From Stx2-converting phage Stx2a_F723: 62,274 nucleotides of DNA. Below are positions 59,701 through 62,274 of this stretch, piece after piece (position 1 is the first letter of the stretch; each line of letters opens with the position of its first letter). Under the pieces are notes generated by a model. It searched no databases. It had not been told where the DNA came from and saw only the letters and a program-made list of their open reading frames with translations. Position numbers and translations under genes: made by a program. The DNA lies in the sequence record AP012533. The stretch is one strand, 5' to 3'.

Positions 59701-62127
59701 ATCAACCCGAAAATGCCGGACGGCGGTTCGGGGATGACCAACGCGGAAGCGGCGGAAATCATGCAGCGTGTACGTAACAGTGGCAAACAGGCACAGTATG
59801 ACCGTCTGGCAGGGATTATTGACGATATGCTGGCCCGTCGCCGTGAGCTTATCCGTGAGGCCGGACTTGAAGAGAACGGTGTGGTGGATGCCTGGCAGAA
59901 CGCCTACCGTTACTACGTTCCCCTGAAAGGTCAGGATGTTGACGGTGTGGTGTCACTGCCCCGTACAGGTAAGGGCTTCACCATCGGCGGACGTGAAAGC
60001 AGGCAAGCCATGGGGCGTGCATCCCGGGCACAGTCTCCGTCCACTCAGGCGATACAGGACCTGAGCGAATCGCTGATCCGCCATCGCAAAAACGAAGTGG
60101 GTAACGCCTTCCTGAAACTGGTGCAGGATAATCCCGACAAGGATTACTGGCAGGTATTCACCGATGACAGACCGGATACCATGCGGACGATTGCAGAGCG
60201 CAAGGACCAGGAAACTGGTGAAACCATTCGCGAAGTTGTCGAACGCCCTGTACCGATGGCAATGATGGCAGACCGGTACTTCACCACCAAAAAGAACGGC
60301 AAAACGTACTACATCAAACTCCATGATCCGCGCCTGATGCGTGCGATGAAGAATATGGGACCGGAAACCAGCAATGCCTTTGTTCGTACGCTGGGGAAAG
60401 TTAACCGCTTCCTGGCAACGGTGAACACGTCGTATAACCCGGAATTCCTGGTCAGTAACTTCATCCGTGACGTGCAGACGGCGGTGATGAACCTGAAGGC
60501 GGAGCAGGGAAGGAGCGACGGTAAACTGAAAGGGCTGGATAACTTATCCGCCCTGGCTGTGGTGAAAGACAGCCGTTCTGCCATGTCAGCCGTATACGCC
60601 AGTCTGCGTGGTAAAACCCTCACGGGAAAAGGTGCACAGTGGCAGAAGGTGTGGAAAGAGTTTGTTGAGGACGGAGGTAAAACCGGCTGGTTTAACATGG
60701 GTGACCTTGAAGGCCAGCAGAAGGAAATGGATCGCCTTGTATCGCTGGCGAAGGGAGGATGGAAAGGCCAGAGTATCGGTGCATGGAATTCGTTCCTTAA
60801 CCTTGTCGAGGATGCCAACGGGGCGGTTGAAAACGCTCTGCGTCTTTCTGCCTATAAACACGCCCGTGATGCCGGTTTGTCACGCCAGCAGGCGGCGTCT
60901 CTTGCCAAAAACATGACGGTGAACTTTAACCGTCGTGGTGAGCAGGGAGCGCTGATGAACTCGCTGTACATGTTCGCCAACGCCAGCATTCAGGGGACCG
61001 CAAACCTGGTGAGAACGCTCGGACATCTTAATGGCGACGGGCCGTTACTGGAGCGCCTTCGCTGGAAGAATCTCAATGTACCGCAGAAAATCGCGCTTGC
61101 AGCTGTGGGAGCGGGTTATCTGCTTGGCTCGCTTAACCGCAGTGTTGCGGGGGAGGATGATGACGGGGTTAACTGGTATGACAAGGTGCCGTCTCATGTG
61201 AAAGAGCGTAACCTCGTCATTATGAAATCGGTGTTCGGGGGCAAGGCCGGAGAGTACTGGAGTATTCCTCTGCCTTACGGGTACAACGTTTTCTTCCTGC
61301 TTGGTCACACAGCCGAAGGGGTGGCAGCGGGCGACCTGACCGCTTCACGTGCTGCCGGTAATGTTGTTGGTGGTGTGCTTGGGGCATTCAGTCCTGTGGG
61401 CAGTGAAACGTCGGAAACACTGTCCGGGGCATTGCTGAAAAATGCAGCACCGACAATTCTGCGTCCGTTTGCGAATCTTGCCATGAACGAAAACTTCATG
61501 GGGGCGCAGATTTACCAGGAGAACATGCCGTTTGGTACACCAAAACCTGACAGCCAGCTGGGAAGACGTTCAACGCCAGAAGCGTACAAGGCGTTTGCAT
61601 CCTGGCTGAATGCGTTCTCTGGTGGCAGCCAGTACCGTTCCGGTGCGGTGGATGTCACGCCGGAATCACTGAAATACTGGATTGACTATATCTCCGGAGG
61701 GACAGGGCGCTTCATTTCCAAAACCACGGATGCGGCGGTGAAATCGCTGAACGGTATTGATATACCGGAGCAGCAGGTGCCCTTCCTGGGGAAAATTTCA
61801 GGTGAGGTGATGCCGTATGCTGACCAGCAGAAGATGTACGACCGGATGACAGAGGTTGCGCAGTATCACGCAGAGCTGAAGAGTCTGACCGGTGCAGAAA
61901 GAACGGCGTTCATTGACGAGAACAACGGAAAATTGTCGATGAACGGGCTTATGCAGGATACCCGGAAGAGACTGAAGGATTTGCGTAAACAGCGTGATGC
62001 CATTTACGCCGACAGTACTCTCAGTCTGGCGCAACAGTCGGCGATGGTGAAATCGGTTGAGCGGGATATGAAAATTGCCGTGGATCGGTTTAACCGCGAG
62101 TACAACAAAAAAGTGGGAGTGGAGTAA
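53752..62127 (+). CDS. Giant multidomain protein (2791 aa) with two HExxH motifs; possible injected virion protein
   Basis: Uninterrupted 8.4-kb ORF; ATG at 53752 with GGAG SD (track start 53725 is TTG); HEWFH at 57595-57609 and HEIIH at 58396-58410. Confidence 0.8.
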   Translation: MAYSEEQRPEAQLGNQNRNSLNIQQPGETDSYEAFFSDPNRWKDNSTSFSLGDVLPTMGKGFAQSVRGTGEMARGLGDAMIQSPVKTGARILNEFSRMGLPGVATVQDIFAGGSRGADEVIDTLPDGKNAVTDTVGKGLKATGKAVSDGAKATDEWLTGKMSPGAVRALNTPMTEGYDDSAVWVAKGVNLIGALVPDMVAGGVAKKVGDVTLRKMLTAGLEKKYIAAGMQPERATALAAEAVDKKMPDLFQAGLITHSTASAQGQSAMAAADAVLNADYSELAQSPKFQQTFLSIDADPQHAQLTDRQKMDLAKERVADEVRAQLATDPELLAVNAMAAKLGDAQLFNLVTRGTAKTVKSGIVRNATEQGAINAAQGGYSRYQENTALRETAGMDVSPWEGVADATIEGAAFGAAMGAPSGAVAGYRGRRQAAEEAAMRDAETVQQDDAAPQPESVDPVAQHRESMQGMNREQLLEQYADADMATEGDASAAHRREAASQLLNELDEQAKRQAVMDELKAKPRPELLEEYRRLSLKEGRTETEEQQLQAIRDVLRPQQEARPEAQPENTDDGDGSIYPTVRFRDPDEVRIEINGSGASRPAERIEKVRPDNRYFTDEKSAMGSDVFRNASATGLKPSVVKKGENQYAVEMDNPAFSEDVATETINTLADGERITDADPMEQPAFMRDPRFRGFTGDDTEVQARLARGNVPTAEELVRSQMAEGDAGPTAQELTERPRLPAPGDIHPGQGYPLPGEVARTPDENQAGRGGRFTITGEVKGQSFQKGRAPAPENAAGRQGETLEGETVRRGLPSPDAQNATAPVREGLPAPDIARNVRMPQPESLPRTVRDSLPELAQQAEVRRQARENRDILQPETIAPESETTVSTDREATVRGGEVRGKKIEDFGEEIKGAAKHRYAQLAETLGKTLEDRDYVTQPLSKLFPKPDYAKLANEGADADTLAMIALYRSDIPAKTKLNAVKWVESVKSIRTSVAGMLEGKVTAGRLAEWMEGRMPARYADTWQLLRTLPPSQIDKASAYRVVSGVYQAAGGKRYDPPRKLYSLRNKDNKGSNLFFSESRDELLTKAKAWFAEQEEKSQAKGDEKTALSPDDKISFDVYRNTRSGDIFIAYGKNKMRVRGGFKSASDARKYIDSHRDELVRHVKEMREISREEQRNATNRDRTGPERRKGDVSPKQFSDAFGFRGVQFGNYVEGPRRQADLNRAYDSLHDLAEVLNVPTKALSLNGRLGLAFGARGKGKAAAHYEPGEVAINLTKGNGPGALAHEWFHSLDNYFGRYDVSTDGKITSGGDFMTEARRVKRVFKDGRFVDAEYPVRQEVYDAFKGVIEAIKNSDMPRRSALLDEVRSKPYWSTDVEMAARAFERYVQDKARKAGVENDYLVNIRKAPEHNTDNTYAYPTNAELDGGIREAFDHLFRTLKTRETDKGVAFYSRKGVTRTPEGNLISDVNRSAEAKGSPVPQVEAVARGVMSGIKDSDLKVRVVKSQKEAEALAGELFDGYGRVHAFYRPDKREIVLVADNIPDGRTVREKLRHEIIHHAMEHVVTPAEYQTIIKTVLKTRDSDNVTIREAWRKVDASYGKESPEVQAGEFLAHMAEKQPNKFVAAWERVVALVKGVLRRTGLLKPTELNDIRLVRETIRTLGQRVREGYTPREDGAGASSQYSRSGKRDPFKVPEGEGERYRDDLARMMKSLRTTDLTVNIGRTPPVLRHLGAPDLPLVISRDTVRKATNGVKHVVPMDVIERLPELMHDPDAIYRSATERNAVVMLLDAVDKNGDPVVSAVHMKAVRSRLEINKVASVYGTENGKKLKSMEMTGLTLYRREKLSRDNLLHRGLQLPKGEHSYRGSADKILYPEDIRKGPYYSRTSSLTPEETIASRFVRQMQDKFQVLKAVQENIRKTGGKVDDSNNAYMAEELFHGKAENDLNVMKERYVQPLAKLLADYKIAQADLDEYLYARHAPERNAHIAKINPKMPDGGSGMTNAEAAEIMQRVRNSGKQAQYDRLAGIIDDMLARRRELIREAGLEENGVVDAWQNAYRYYVPLKGQDVDGVVSLPRTGKGFTIGGRESRQAMGRASRAQSPSTQAIQDLSESLIRHRKNEVGNAFLKLVQDNPDKDYWQVFTDDRPDTMRTIAERKDQETGETIREVVERPVPMAMMADRYFTTKKNGKTYYIKLHDPRLMRAMKNMGPETSNAFVRTLGKVNRFLATVNTSYNPEFLVSNFIRDVQTAVMNLKAEQGRSDGKLKGLDNLSALAVVKDSRSAMSAVYASLRGKTLTGKGAQWQKVWKEFVEDGGKTGWFNMGDLEGQQKEMDRLVSLAKGGWKGQSIGAWNSFLNLVEDANGAVENALRLSAYKHARDAGLSRQQAASLAKNMTVNFNRRGEQGALMNSLYMFANASIQGTANLVRTLGHLNGDGPLLERLRWKNLNVPQKIALAAVGAGYLLGSLNRSVAGEDDDGVNWYDKVPSHVKERNLVIMKSVFGGKAGEYWSIPLPYGYNVFFLLGHTAEGVAAGDLTASRAAGNVVGGVLGAFSPVGSETSETLSGALLKNAAPTILRPFANLAMNENFMGAQIYQENMPFGTPKPDSQLGRRSTPEAYKAFASWLNAFSGGSQYRSGAVDVTPESLKYWIDYISGGTGRFISKTTDAAVKSLNGIDIPEQQVPFLGKISGEVMPYADQQKMYDRMTEVAQYHAELKSLTGAERTAFIDENNGKLSMNGLMQDTRKRLKDLRKQRDAIYADSTLSLAQQSAMVKSVERDMKIAVDRFNREYNKKVGVE

Positions 62128-62249
62128 AGAACATGCCCCGTACGGAAGTGCGGGGCATGCTTAACGGGGTGTGTACATAAATGGGTACTGATATGACGAT
62201 TATTTCGCCACTTTCTGTATTTAAATCAATGACTTAATACTTATATTCA

Positions 62250-62274
62250 TTATATCCATTTAACTAAGAGGACA
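62250..62274. repeat. Prophage att core, right copy of 25-bp direct repeat
   Basis: Identical to bases 1-25; preceded by an AT-rich stretch and a hairpin at 62133-62160. Confidence 0.7.

Noticed and set aside
54000-60900. Numerous 60-170 aa ORFs on both strands inside the giant gene
   Set aside because: All are nested within or antisense to the single uninterrupted 8.4-kb reading frame.

Overview
The window is a complete ~62.3-kb Stx2-converting lambdoid prophage of the 933W/Sp5 type, bounded exactly by a 25-bp direct repeat (1-25 and 62250-62274). Gene order, left to right: P4-type integrase and AlpA-like excisionase; a minus-strand early-left accessory block (MT-A70 methylase, AntA-like antirepressor, many small unknown genes, Ea22-like, TraR-like); exo-bet-gam-kil-cIII; N; an immunity-region cassette in the lambda rex position carrying the eukaryotic-like kinase Stk plus unknown partners; cI/cro/cII; O (with ori iterons)/P/ren; a nin region with an HNH endonuclease inserted into the 3' end of ninB and a Dam-like methylase; roi, rha-like, ninG/H, Q; three terminators and three tRNA genes (CAU, Arg-UCG, Arg-UCU) ahead of stx2A/stx2B; nanS-p-like esterase; an S21-like pinholin/SAR-endolysin/Rz/Rz1 lysis cassette with embedded morons; bor; terminase small and large subunits, portal; an IS629 (1310 bp, 3-bp CCA duplication); capsid; a collagen-like tail fibre; lom; and a 2791-aa giant protein next to attR. 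Most of this is well-described biology. The observations I consider most worth follow-up are (i) an unannotated 46-codon hok/gef-family type I toxin gene between lom and the downstream virion genes, (ii) the unknown genes co-transcribed with cI and stk, including an unannotated 54-codon ORF, (iii) an AT-rich single-gene moron with its own terminator in the sieB/ral position, (iv) the giant protein with two HExxH motifs, and (v) the HNH insertion that re-terminates ninB. All functional calls rest on motifs and similarity recognised by eye; no database search was run.
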